Assembly (NCBI GenBank): GCA_003344405.1
Contig: NOWV01000031.1
Span: 186,001 to 250,000, forward strand
Origin: Trichoplax sp. H2
Taxonomy: Eukaryota
Reading direction: 5' to 3'
DNA: 64,000 bases
Part shown: in pieces, positions 1 to 13,572 of the stretch
Layout of the letters: the number at the start of each line of letters is the position of its first letter
Position numbering within the stretch: position 1 is the stretch's first letter
The notes under the pieces: generated by a model
Told to the model about the DNA's origin: nothing
The model's database searches: none
What the model saw: only the letters and a program-made list of their open reading frames with translations
Program-made: the position numbers and the translations under genes

Positions 1-1912
1 AAGATTTTAGGGAATAATGACAATTAATCGTAAACCTAAAAGAGTAAAACCCATGCATAGAAAATATTTTTGTAATTATATACAATAAAGACTCAGCGGG
101 TAGACTTGCACAAAATATATCCTGAAGTTATTGCCTCCGGCTTATAGCCTCAAATGCGCAAATCGCAGTTCACGAAATAAGTAAAAGTGCAATTGAGTCA
201 ACTAATTAAATATCAGTATGCAATAATAACCAAAAAAAGAAGCGACTAACTAACAACAGTAAGGAAGCAGTTAGTTAGCTTAGTGAGTTTGTCAGAAAGA
301 GAATTAGTTGACTACGGTACTGAGCAAATTGTTTATTAACACCTATAATATTCATTTAATAATCAATATCTATCCATTAGCAACTAATGGTAAATAAAAT
401 CAATACAGTATCACGGACATCACTCCGTGACACTTCCATATCAATTGATTTGAATATTACCTTCCGTCTAGCTGGTTGATTAAAAAGTCTTACCGTCCCA
501 ACCATAATTTTAAACTGATTTTACGCCCTCAACAGGACCATTTAATATCGTTTTAGAATATAAGGTAATGGGTTAAAGGGCTATTGTAATTTAAAATCTT
601 AAACCGCTTTCAATTATTTGCTCACTTCACTGATCATAAGTTCGACGACGAATTAATAGTTAAATGCATAGAAGAATATTTCTAGTAATTAGACTTGTTG
701 TTTAGAAGTGGCGCATAACTCTAATTTAAGCTTAGCAATTCAACAGTATTTTATTTTCAAGTTATGAACGTTAGTTTAGATGATAAAGTGCTCAATATCG
801 GAAAGGTATAGACTATTGATTAAAATTATATCTACTAGCATATTGCTATGATAAGTTACGGCAAAATAATCTATTGACGATTGATAAATAAATGGATGCA
901 TAGGAGCATTGAACTTCGGTGGGCAAGAAGAATGTTTTTTAGCCCAAAATGTCTCCATAAATTGTGCCCTACTATAGCTTTATCATATTTTTCCTTACAG
1001 AACAAAGTTTATGCTACTATTTGCACGCATGTTACAATGAATTAAAGATAGATGTTCTTCCAGTACTATCAAAGATATGTAAATAAGCAAATATTAAGTG
1101 TAGGATTTACCGATACGCTACGTTCTAATTTGCTATGTTTAATATCATGACAACTTATAATTTAAGTGTTGGTATCACATATTAATTAATAAGGATCATT
1201 AGTTTGGCTGTATAATTATGAAGAGCAATCTGCCTGAATCTAAGAATCTAACTTGCCTTTAATAGTACCAGAAAAATCTTGGTAAGCAGCGTAAGTTTAA
1301 AGCCATTTTATTTTACTAAAATTACGAAATTTGCGAAACAATCTTGTTACAGATCTATATTATTGGAGACTTTGATATCAAATTCATGGCTAGAGCAAGA
1401 TGATAACTACTATTGAACTCTTTGTTTTCTCTCCAATCTTAGTATGTAGCATGCTTTGTATAGACATGAAATTATACCGATAGTGAACATTGTAAGTGCA
1501 ACCGTTAACGATTAACTTTTGCATACCTGTCGTAACATATATTTTATAAGAAAATTTATCTTGGAATCTATTTACATTCCGTTATCTATAACGTTTTACA
1601 TATTTTTAATAGATAACTGCATAGTTTTATAATATTATCTATACGCTGATATATAATTAATGTTTTTATCGATTCACTATAAACTGACTGTCTTTTTATA
1701 AAGTTTGGGTTCAGTTATGTCTAAGAGACGCTGATAGTGCTACTGTTCCTACTGACGATAGGAGATCGTCAGTATGTACTGTCGTACTTTAAGTTAATGT
1801 CCGGGAGAAAAAGCTTGATAGTAGATTCGTAGTATGATTTTCTATAATAGTTTGACTTTTCTACGTTACAAATTTTGATTTGTAACTGCAATTCAAAAGA
1901 TCGTATAGGTTC

Positions 1913-3032
1913 TTAAATTTAAATTTAATAAATAAATATTATGGAAAATGTTTTCTATTTTGCTACTTCTACTACCTGTTGCAATATATTTAATTTTCAA
2001 AATTAACATATTTTATCATTTTTTCGCATAATATTTTATATAATTGTTACAAATCTCCTTTGTTACTAGAAAACGGGTCTTAAACACTATCTTCACTAGT
2101 ACTCGTGTTCCCAACTAACTTAGGGACCTATCGTAGTTGAACTAACTCTCGACTAAACAAATAAGCTACTAATGAGTAATAGGTTTAAATTCTTCACTTT
2201 ATTTTCGTTAATCTTAGTCGTAAAATGTACTACAGAAAAACGTAAGAATATTCTTAGCAATAATAGTCAAAAGATCCTGCAAGTGACTAACTGTAATTCA
2301 GCAGCTAGGCTAGTGCTCGGCTTTTTATAGTCTCGGCCAACGCCGATGGTGCACTTGTGAATATTCTTGACAAAGCGACTTACACTGCACATCATACATA
2401 TCCTAGTATAGGAGCTCAGTTTGAAGAAGTTAACATAGATCAGTATAAGTCAACGCNNNNNNNNNNNNNNNNNNNNTTAAATTTAAATTTAATAAATAAA
2501 TATTATGGAAAATGTTTTCTATTATGCTACTTCTACTACCTGTTGTAATATATTTAATTTTCAAAATTAACACATTTTATCATTTTTTCGCATAATATTT
2601 TATATAATTGTTACAAATCTCCTTTGTTACTAGAAAACGGGTCTGTCACAACGTCGTTTGCAACAATCGGATTCACGTTCCACATTTATCCTACTCTCCT
2701 CTGTCCTACAGTAAAACTGCCACCAGGCGTCACCACTCGCTCCACTTCAGCGAAGGACCTCAGTCAACAGTAAAGGCGGACTAGAAGCGTCTGGATAAAT
2801 TTACTNNNNNNNNNNNNNNNNNNNNTATTCTTAGCAATAATAGTCAAAAGATCCTGCAAGTGACTAACTGTAATTGAGCAGCTAGGCTAGTGCTCGGGTT
2901 TTATAGTCTCGGCCAACGCCGATGGTGCACTTGTGAATATTCTTGACAAAGCGACTTACACTGTACAGCATACATATCCTAGTATAGGAGCTCAGTTTGA
3001 AGAAGTTAACATAGATCAGTATAAGTCAACGC
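1913..3032. repeat. Duplicated segments flanking two 20-N gaps (A: 1913-2079 and 2477-2643; B: 2249-2456 and 2826-3032); probably two haplotypes assembled in tandem
   Basis: Direct comparison shows near-identical copies with a few substitutions and a 1-bp indel. Each segment has a copy edge at an N run (2457-2476, 2806-2825). Confidence 0.9.
2644..2805 (+). mobile_element. Insertion in second copy only, starting TGTCAC; possible LTR/TE 5' end truncated by gap
   Basis: Copy 1 reads gggtc|ttaaacac and copy 2 reads gggtc|tgtcacaacg. The inserted sequence is clearly more GC-rich than its flanks. A TG start is typical of LTRs. Confidence 0.4.
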
Positions 3033-5797
3033 TAATTAACATTAAATGAATTAATGAGCCAACTAGAGCCTTAAGGGTTTGCAAAGTAATTGCACCTTAC
3101 ACTTAAGGTGTTATTAATTAACGTTTACTGACTAAGCGTGTTAGCTACAAGCAGAGAAAATGAACTGTTTGAAGCCGTTTGTTAATATAATAAAGAATTT
3201 TGCAGGTGTAAAAGTGTGTATAATTTTAGTTTTGTAATTCACTTCATGAATGTGAATACATACAAAGCTGGCATCGTTAACGTTGCAGAATGTTCTACTA
3301 GTCATGTATCTATTTATGCCATATTTTATGCACTACCAGTTAGACGTTCAATTGCTACTTACAAAACTATTAATATTGAAGAAACACAGGTAGAATAGGG
3401 TTCAAATATCAACGACTGCTTCATTTAGTTACGCTTGATTTGTGTAAATGCAAGTGTTATATAGTTTTTTAAAAATTATCGTAATGGAATAGATTTATAT
3501 AAATATAATACAATTATCAGTAAAATAATAGAATGATTTTTCTATTACCGACAAAAATATTTATTAAACATTATTTATAATTCTTGAAGTTATTATTGAG
3601 TCTGTAGATTGTAAGTATCTTAAGCAGTGATTTATTAGTCATCTTAATTGAATTACTTGTAATATAACATGTAATCTTTTTTAGGTATAGTGTGAATACA
3701 TGCAGTGGAAACAAGATCTGACATATCGATACTTAGGTTATAAAGCTGTAACCGTAACCTTATCTGAGTAGATGTTATTCCGTTGAGATGGTATATCCTA
3801 GATTTAGCGTTAGATTCTCGAACATACAGTATATGCCCTTGAATATGTTTATGCCGGCTACTACTATCGTAAGCAATAGAAAGAGTTGCGTTCCGTTGAT
3901 TGTTGCTACCTGCTCGAGTCTTGCCACCTTTACAGTTATAGTTTATCAGATACAATGTGACTGTATATTACATTTTAGACATGTTAAGCTATGATGATAG
4001 AAATAGTAATCTTACAATGACAATGAACTAGGTTTCTATCTTCAATCTATGTTGATTTATTGAATCTTAGCTTAAAGTAGAAAGCTATAGCTTGTGGTAG
4101 AATATCATTTTGCTTAGAAAGAAATCCTTCAGTTCTTCATTTTTAGATATCCAACCAACCTATTTATATCGAAATTGTTTATCTTGATGAAGCTTCCGTA
4201 ATACCGCCAAAAATTTAATACGTCGCTTTGTGCGCAAATTTAAATTTCCTTAAGAATCGAAATGTTCTCAAATATAAACACTATTAGCCCCTTAATACAT
4301 TTATATTCAAAAACGTTGCTTATTCTATTTTAATTAATCTTGAATGTAAAGTACATAAATTTCGTTAATATAGTATTATTTCAACCAACATTCTCAGAGT
4401 CAGCGAAAGAGTAATGTTAATGGGATGTTTAACTTGGTAACAATTGCAGATTAGATTGACTTTGTCGGTAATACTGAAGAAAACACAAAAAAGTATACGT
4501 GCAACATAAGTGAAGTTAATTGCGATCTAGCAATCAAAATTTCAAGATCTGGTACAGTAAGTAGTGGGACTTTGTTAGTATTAACTCATTCCTAAATAAA
4601 TGGTCTACATTTAATCCAAATGGCATGCTACTAAATCGGATTGATGATACCATGAAAGGCTGACAAAAACCAGAATGTTCGTTAATACTTTTAGGCGTAA
4701 TTTCAGTAACCTGATTGACACAGTAGAAGACAACTAGACTGAGTACGGTATCTGGTCTAAAATAATTTGTTATCTTAAAATCGGTTAGTAGTCAAGTTAA
4801 GGGTACATTTTAAGAAGGATATCCCGGAAAATAAATAACTTGTGATAGCATGCTCAAAAGAGTCTTTCTATGCGTCAAAGCTCGGTCATTGGCTACTAGG
4901 TGCATCTAATGATGAATGGCTCAGCATTACTTGTACTTGATGCAATGCGATTTATAAAGTATCAAAGGAAAGTTGTAACATGTATAAGGAAAAATCTCCT
5001 TTTTATTGAAAACCCTGAGCCTGTTGGATAGCAGATAGGGTTGCGTTGTAATTAACGTAGTGACTACCATAGAATACGTATTTGTGTTACAATATCTATA
5101 TGACGAAATACAAATTAACATAATAACGTCTATCTCGAATAATATCAACACGACAGCTAATTTTAAGGCATACCAGCTATTAACAGCAATTCTATTTTCA
5201 GTTCCAATCAATTTATTTTACTATACCAAACTCAAGTATTTATTATCGGGTTAATTACGCTTAAGAAATTATATCTACGGTCACGGTCGGTAGATCCTTT
5301 CTTCCACTACCAGGTTAAGGCACATAAGTCGCGATCGCAATTTAGTCTATTATTAAACCAAAGTCATAGGCCTGATGTTTATTCCTGCATGAAGTATGGA
5401 GTAGACAGTATGTGTCGATATCAACAGATTAATTTTCCCGTTAATTTAAGACAATCATGAAAACAATATTAAACAATGCTGTAAAATATAAATAAAATAT
5501 CCGTAAGGATATCGTACATTTGAAAAATGTACGAGATCAATATTGAATTGTTTAGGTGTAACAGGTCATACCAAAGAATATTATTTTTAAGGGTAAACTT
5601 TAAGTTCATGCCTTAAACCGTTGCTTTATTGAAGACGCGATTTACAAATGTGTTGGGTATATTTAGACAGTAAACTTACTAGTTTATCTACTTGCTAACA
5701 TTCATAGATCGAGTTTATATTGATCACTTTTACTCGCTATTAGCTCATGCTTATGTCCTATAAAAGGAGTCCACAGAATTCACTATATGAACATGGT

Positions 5798-5850
5798 AAT
5801 AAAAATGAAATAAAAATGAAATAAAAATGGAGAATAAATAAATAAAAATG
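5798..5850. repeat. Short tandem repeat (AATAAAAATGA)n
   Basis: About 4 imperfect copies are visible. Confidence 0.7.
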
Positions 5851-8754
5851 CATTATGCATGACCTCAAGCGATAGTGTGAATGTTGCAGCTGTTACGGTA
5901 AAGGATTGATGACTGTGTTTTTAGAACTGCTAGTATATATTCCCTATAGTCGATATTACCAAAAGAGATCAGATTATACTAGAAGCTGTGAAGATTTCTT
6001 GTAAAATTTTGACAAATTCTACATTTTATATCTGATGCTTGTAAACGTACCACATATAAATTGGATAAAATATATTAACGGAGTACTTTACAAAGGTTAC
6101 TGCAGTTAAGTCCTTTTCTTTAGACTCATACTTCAAAAAATTTACTATAGATTATTCATGACAACGCTAATTAATAACATTTACATATTAATATTATTTA
6201 TTGTATATAGCTAGGCTTTCAATTAACTCCTTACAAGCTAACAAACGAATATCAATTATGTCATTTAATTCATCACTCGATATTTATGCATACTTACATC
6301 TTGTAATAAAAGAAATCGAGCAAAATTGAGGCAGTATTTCTACAAGGCCATATAACTGCGGTGAATAAACATACACATTAGGCAAACTCGTAATGAGATA
6401 CTTTTCCTTACGATAAATAACAGTTTATAAGATAACGAATAACGCCGATATTCTATCGTAATACAAAGCAGGTGCAACTTTCTAGATACTCACTTGTACT
6501 ACCTAAAATTCTAGCTGCAATATTTGCACACGTAGCTAATGTAAGTTATAGTTTAATTTTAAATGGAGTACATGTATATTTTAATGCAAAGCAATCGTAA
6601 ATTTGCTGTATCTTGGTCAGACTACCTAAAATTTTAGATCTATGTAGGAAAACTAGATTATATTGAGGCCCCAAGTAAATAAGATAACAGATTAGTGGTG
6701 TTCGGTACACCCTATTATGTGTTAGGGGCCTCGCAGACAATTATCCATTGATAGAGGTAAAATATCATTGGTCAGCGTGGTGTAGTAATTAATAGTATCT
6801 AGCTTTACCAGGAAATGATGGAATTATACTGTATGATATTCTGGGATTTGTCTTAAAATTGTCCCCTTTACTAAGAACTCTTTACAAGCACAGGTATATA
6901 TTTTTGAGGTCTAGTTATACTAATTTATATTCAAAGTTGACGACAATAAGCTGAGACACGATATCTTTTGTATAAAACTTAGTTATTCATATTTAACAAC
7001 TTTCCTTGATAAAATGTATCACTGGCTGTTACGGCACTACATTGCCTAAATTATAGAGTTTGAGAAAGTATTATTGCTGACAGTGTTTCTGTGTTATAAT
7101 AGGCGTTATAGTAGCAGTAATTCATTCTTACTAAATCTTTCGGCAGATTAGGGTAGTAATCTGTAGAAGAACTCAAAGTAAGTGCTTTGCGTACGACTAG
7201 TAAACTTGTCATGAAGTAGTCCTTGACATCGGCATATTTCTAATTTCTGTAGTACTTCTGCCAGCATACTCACCTTACGCTTGATGAACTCCTGAAGTAT
7301 CTTATTAGAAGAATTTTAGCAGTTTGTCTATGTCACGGTGCGAACCATCATGAAGAGTAAATGACTAAATTTAGTGTTTAAGATTTATATATGGAGATCA
7401 CTAATAATGACTTACAGTAAGAACTACAGTAGTTATTATTTTGTTACAGTAAATTATGCTGTCTTGTAGTAGTAGTTCTCATAAGGTAACTAATATTAAT
7501 TGATAATAGTGTTATATCTTGTAAAGCTTGTGATGAATATCCTGAAGATATTTAATTATAGATAATACTATAAATAATTCTGTGTGTGGACATACTGTAG
7601 CCTAATTATCTAGAATCGTTCTGTACAAGTCTAAAATTATGAATAATGTATTTATTTATTTAGATATCCGATATGAGCTAAATTTCATGAACTGTTATGA
7701 CTCATACGTGATAGCTACTGCCAAAGGGTATTTAAGCTTGGCAGATAGTTAAATAAAAGAAGAATTTTATAGTTGTTTTAACGTAGAAGCAAAGGCGTCT
7801 AAATTCTTGTGAGGTAGTTAAGGGACACTGAATCCCGGATTTGTTTTACGTTATCTTTGTCGCGAAGTTGGTTTGTGACAGTCTATTATTCTAGTTCTGT
7901 AATAAATTATATTTATTCATGTGATTCTATATAGATGCAGTAATTGACTATTGTAAAGTAGTTAAATATGAAGATTCTACTGAGTGAGTTCTCGTTCAAA
8001 CGTTTAAAGCGGTTGTTACAATAAAGTATTTAAGATAAGAGTATATTACAGAAAGATCTTATTATATATCATTGAGAGTTAGCTGTTGTATTTCTTACTA
8101 TTCGTTTTTGCTCCTAAGTGTAACAATTTCGATTTGCAACATGGATATAATCATGTTTGTATTAGTGGAAGTAGATACGGGGTAGATGGATCTCTGGGAA
8201 TACATACTGTACTAGCAATATTGCTTTTATGAGTTAAAAAATGTTAAATTTGCAGCCTGCCATAAGATAGTGAAAGATTGAAACTTTGACGGTATTATTC
8301 TAATTGGGTCAAGTCCTAATGTTGACATCCTCGCATATGAAGTAAAACACCTAAGTAACAAAGCGTCACAATAGCCATAGAAAATAGGTTTGCAGGCAAG
8401 TTAGCAATCATTACTACCTTAATTTTATAATACAAAAACTGCCCAGTTCTTAAGCAATAAATAAATTTTTATTAAGTAATCAATCTAGTTAAGACAGCAC
8501 AAAAATTCCCTGATTAGGATATTTGATAAGTATATCGCAGTTTAAGGATACTAATAGATTCAGATCAAAGACGTTTACATTGTTTGAAATTCTAAGGCAA
8601 TATAATTCATCGAGGCTGTAGTATAATTAGTCTACAAACTCACTATATGATTATAGTAAGTTACTCATATCTAAAAATCCTCGTTTTGTCTTCATGGCGA
8701 CGTGATATCTTATAAGAGATAATTGTAATATTATATATGAGTGAAAGTGTATTA

Positions 8755-8960
8755 TTCATTCTAGTATCTCATGACAAAAAAATAATATTGAAGAATACTG
8801 GTTATGTTGAATTTTATATCTAGAAATTGTCATTTGTCTATATAGCTAGATAATACCATATAATAAACGATTTTAATATTGTATACAATTGAAAATGTAT
8901 CATTCATTTCTGAGTCTCATGACAAAAAATAATAATTTTGAAAAGTACTAGTTATATTTT
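8755..8960. repeat. Diverged ~55-bp direct repeat pair
   Basis: ttcatt..tctcatgacaaaaaa..ataat..gaa..tact(g/a)gttat occurs at ~8755 and ~8903. Confidence 0.6.
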
Positions 8961-10149
8961 ACTTGGCACAAAATTTGTAGCTATTTGTAATGAGCTAGTA
9001 TTTAGAAGTTAACTTTGTTCTTATCCAAACTAATGGCAACTGTTAAGTGGAGTATGCAGGCAAAGTTTTAATGCCTATAGCGCTGTTGCTGATGGTAACT
9101 GTTATTGCACACAGATGCGGATGAAATATTTATTTGATTTTTATCATAGGAATTTAACCGTGAAGTATATTGCAAATTCTATCAAATAACATAATGACTA
9201 CTATACAGACGAACTTCATTAAGGTCTGTAGAATAATATACATTTGAATTAACAATTTTACATTTTCCATTAACGATTAGAGCGATATAAATTTAATGAT
9301 GACAATAATTGCTACAGTTTAAATTGAGTTTATTCGACGCAAGAGCAGCTGAAATCGATTTTTTTAACTAAAAATTTCTTAATTACGTAGAAAATATGAA
9401 CTATAAAAGATTTTCTCTTTACAAACAGTGTACAGTTAAGTCGTTTTCTTTATTAAACGTATGAGGCATGACAGAGGTTTGAATAATTAGCCAATGCTAA
9501 GAAATTTTGTTAATTACTTAAATATTGCTATAAAATAATACAACTATAGAGACAGATTTCAACCGCATACGAAATAGAATTGTTTGTTCGCTCTATTAAT
9601 CAATTTTCCTTTAGGACTTTATTACTAATCCTAAATTTAAATTTATCCGCTTCAGTAGTAAGTTTCTACCATGCTCAAATATTTTAACTTTATTAAAATT
9701 TTTGAAATCATTAATGTGGATTCATTTTCTTTTTAATGATATCTATTAGACACTGATCTGAAGAATAATTCTATACATAAGACTACTAGAATGAATATTT
9801 TCTATTACAAGGTACAAGTTATTGATACTTGAATATTCATAACAACTTCAATGAAAGCTTAGAGAATAGATAAGGATAAAACTAGACACAGCTGGTAATA
9901 GATTGAAATACCTTACAGGTATAAAAATAGTTCACTTCATAACTAAATAAAAGCCTCAGAATGGATAAAAGTTTTTGTATAGGTAACAAAGAAAATCTAG
10001 TTATAAAGGTTATGATTATTTCGTGTAGCCTGCATAAATTACGAAAACAGGCATAACCATCTTTCGCTTTTTAAATATTTCAGTAATTCGCTCGTTCTTT
10101 CAATGATCTTAAACTTCGTTTAGCTCTGTAAAATACTCCGATAAACTGA

Positions 10150-11130
10150 ATGGCAAGTAATCAGTCTGATCTAAATTTGGCATTAAAAAATTTATCCTTT
10201 CCTTTAATATATGTCCGCATTACAATCGCTACGGCAGGTATTATAAGCTTTATTAGTTTATTCGCCAACCTATTTCTTGTTTATGTCGTTATAAAAAATA
10301 AAGACATGAGAACAGCATCGTATTTTGGACTAGTAAATTTGGGCATTTCCAATATTTTTATGGCAATAATATATCCAATAACGTCCATTATTATTTACTT
10401 AGCCTATTTCGCCTTGATAGATGTAAGTGTGGGTGTTAATGTGGCTTGTGGTTTTTGTGTACCGGCGGTTGTTTCATGTGTTATCGTTGCTAATGGATCT
10501 TTGGCATTTATTGCTGTGGAAAGGTGTTGTATGATAACTAAATCAATCACAAGAAGTAGTTACATATCACAACCTAAGGCTATTCTAACTTTATCTGCTA
10601 TTTGGGTAATTGCCATCTTGCCAAATTGGCCTCGTGCAATACTAACTATTGATGAGACTTCTCTAGAAACTTGGTGCTTGCTGTACACAAATTCGATCGC
10701 AACGCGGACATCTTTGCTCACGTTCAGTAGTGTGGCAATTATCTTACTTTTGATAATCGTATTAATTTGTCATATTCTAATCAGTAAGCGATTAAAGATT
10801 CATCAGAAAACTATTAAATCATGGAATCGTATATCAGTGAGAGCTATCAATACTAATGAAATTAGAACTACTTCAATACTACGAATTGACTACTCTCTGG
10901 CCTTGCTGCGCAAAGTAACTATTTTGCAGTTTATTTTTGATTTGCTGTGGCTGCTAAGTATTTACGGAACGGTACTAGGTCATGCGGCAAGATTTAATTC
11001 CAACTTTGTTGGATTGATGTACAATCTGCAATATTTCGCTGTTATATTGGCAGGGCTACAAAGTCCTATTGCACATTTTATCGCTATAGAAAGGTTTAGA
11101 ATAGAGTTCATGCGATGTTGTAAATTTTAG
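10150..11130 (+). CDS. Intronless rhodopsin-like (class A) orphan GPCR, 326 aa
   Basis: Seven hydrophobic segments. TM1 ..LFANL, TM2 VNLGISN, TM3 LAFIAVERCC (DRY equivalent), TM4 AIWVIAILP, EL2 Cys (TWCL), TM7 LQSPIAH, helix-8-like ERFRIEF followed by CC. Confidence 0.92.
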   Translation: MASNQSDLNLALKNLSFPLIYVRITIATAGIISFISLFANLFLVYVVIKNKDMRTASYFGLVNLGISNIFMAIIYPITSIIIYLAYFALIDVSVGVNVACGFCVPAVVSCVIVANGSLAFIAVERCCMITKSITRSSYISQPKAILTLSAIWVIAILPNWPRAILTIDETSLETWCLLYTNSIATRTSLLTFSSVAIILLLIIVLICHILISKRLKIHQKTIKSWNRISVRAINTNEIRTTSILRIDYSLALLRKVTILQFIFDLLWLLSIYGTVLGHAARFNSNFVGLMYNLQYFAVILAGLQSPIAHFIAIERFRIEFMRCCKF

Positions 11131-13157
11131 GGAAGTGCTGTTAATGGCGATGAATTTTAAAGCAAATTGTATGTCAGGATTTAGATTAAAATTACAGTTG
11201 CTGTTTGATTAATATAATTCATTATAACATAATATAATGCAGAAAAATTTATAAGGTATAGTGTGAAAATAATTTCTGTAAATAAATATTGAAATAAAGA
11301 CTTGGGAGTAAAAGTGTCAAACTCTTATTGCGCATCACTCGTCATAATCAAACCAGCTATTTAATACTTTCTCATGCTTAGGGGAATTCATCCGATACGT
11401 CGTTAATAAAGCCAAAATTTACCGCTCTTTTTAATTCTGTAATGCATTAATTTATTTACTGAAAAGAGCATTTCAATAATTGCAGGTTTGTAGTACTTGA
11501 TAAATAGTAACATTGTATTTATGACAAGATAAGTTTAAAAGATTGAATGGATCTATTCGAAGCAGCATAAAGAATTAAAAGACTTCTACGTCCGTTAACC
11601 GCAGCATATTACCCAATTGTCACTTAGAATAAGCTACTTTTAATGATTACATCAGATAGTTTCAATTTCACTTTGACAAATTTTTCACTTAATATTTAAA
11701 ATATTAACGAAAGAGCACTATTTACGAATGTCTACGATATTAAATCCATGCTATTTCATATAGCAATATACACGACATGCCTAAAATACTGACTTATAAA
11801 ACGTTCGCTATAGTCTATTTATTATGTTTACGAAATTTACGACCTTTTCCATGGATCAATCAAGTAAATATAGACCTTAAAATAGTAAAGCCATGATATC
11901 TATTTCCTTTTGTATAGTACAAATGTAAATAAACTTGTATATAATCCCTTGGCTAATTTAAAGCCGTAATTAAATCAAATCAAATATTTAAATTATATTA
12001 AGGCTATTATTAATAGCAATTATTTCTAACATTGAGGATGGCAAAATATAAGCATGAGGTAAGAACTAACATATGATTTCGCACATTTTATTAAATGATA
12101 CCAATTTGTTATACAAATTTTCTCATGTAATTAACGAATCAAACCAGGGATTATGCCAATTACCTAACTACAAGCTATTATGTAATTATTTACATATACC
12201 ATAATTAGTTTGAGTATAAATTCATACTGTTTTGATAAAATTTTTATTACGGTGCTTTCTATCATAAATTAAATCTACGATATATACTGTGAGTTCCCGA
12301 ATTAATCGGATATTATACTATTTTAACACAATTTTATGTAATAAAAATGCTTATAAAGTGTGTGTCTAGACTTTCCGGACACCTCTCTACTGCATGGCGA
12401 CTTCTAAACTGTCCAACAACGTATTACTATACAGTTTTAAGGCACATGCACATAATAGTAATGTTGTAATTGAATATAGTTAACTTTATATATAAATAAT
12501 TAAATATACTGAATTTAATTCAATAGGGAAAATTAATAAAATACAGAAATAGAAATTATAATTAATTACAATTCGCACCTTATGTGCACGTATAGAACAA
12601 TTAATTGAGGACAAAAAAATTGCGCAGGTGCAAACCCTAAGATCAATAGATACTACTCTGCACCAGGTCAGGATTAAAATTATATAATCTAGTAAATATT
12701 GCATGCTTTTAATTCAACTTACAATTGGACCAGAAACATATCTTATTCAGAACTCTCAACATTAGATGCAAGAAAGTTTAGTGATTGTAGATGAAAAGTA
12801 CGATGTCAGGGACTAGCATAGTCTTTAGATATTGGTAATAATTTATTATATTGTAAAAATCAATAATAATTTTATTTTTATTGATATTAAAAAAATTTAG
12901 TGTTCGTGCGTGAATGATATACTGTCTGTATGGCAAAGTTCCTTCAATGGTCTTTTGTGCATTGGCGCTATTTCTATACGAACTAGCTCTCATTGATTAG
13001 TTTTTTCCGTAACATGGTGCTATTTTTGTTTCTTAATTGACTTAGTATTTAATATTGGTACAAATACGAAAGACCACCAGTTGAAATCGCTCATTAAAAG
13101 CACTCAATCAAAGTCAGTTTCACCTGTAGGTTCCAATCATCATTGATTTGATTCCAG

Positions 13158-13572
13158 ATGCCTCTTGAAGCTCATCTTCATCGAATTGTTTTAAAATATA
13201 AAGCTGAATTATTGGACTATTTACCAGGCCGGATATTCTATTCGTGCTTACAACATAAAGATCCAGTATTAAGCTACTTGTGGATTGAAATTGATCGATC
13301 AAAAAGCAATGCAGACACTGGAAAGTCCGCTATAACACAAAATAAAAAAATTCTCGATTCTATTTACAATCAGACTCTAAGTGTTAACGAAATATTAATT
13401 AACAAATTGCTCGATGGAACTGAGGATCATTTTGTTCTATTCTATAAAACTTTGCAAGTACAAAATCATTCTATGTTAATCGCTCTTGGAGAGAAGTTAG
13501 AAGCCGAAGCAAAATCTTATTCAACCAAAATTGCTGGCATAATGAACAATCACATTGTTCCAACAAAGCAAG
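13158..13572 (+). CDS. First coding exon: CARD-like death-fold domain
   Basis: MPLEAHLHRIVLKYKAELLDYL...NEILINKLLDGTEDHFVLFYKTLQVQNHSMLIAL parallels helices 1 and 4-6 of the Apaf-1 CARD (..MLIKMILKKDNDSYVSFYNALLHEGY..). Phase-1 donor AAG|GTAAAA. Confidence 0.65.

Noticed and set aside
1750..1774. 10-bp hairpin tactgacgat/atcgtcagta (similar one at ~54030-54062)
   Set aside because: Isolated short stems with no supporting element context.
13300..13335. DTGKS in the first exon as a Walker A remnant
   Set aside because: It lacks the upstream Gly (GxxxxGK[S/T]) and the preceding beta-strand, and lies inside the CARD-like helical region.
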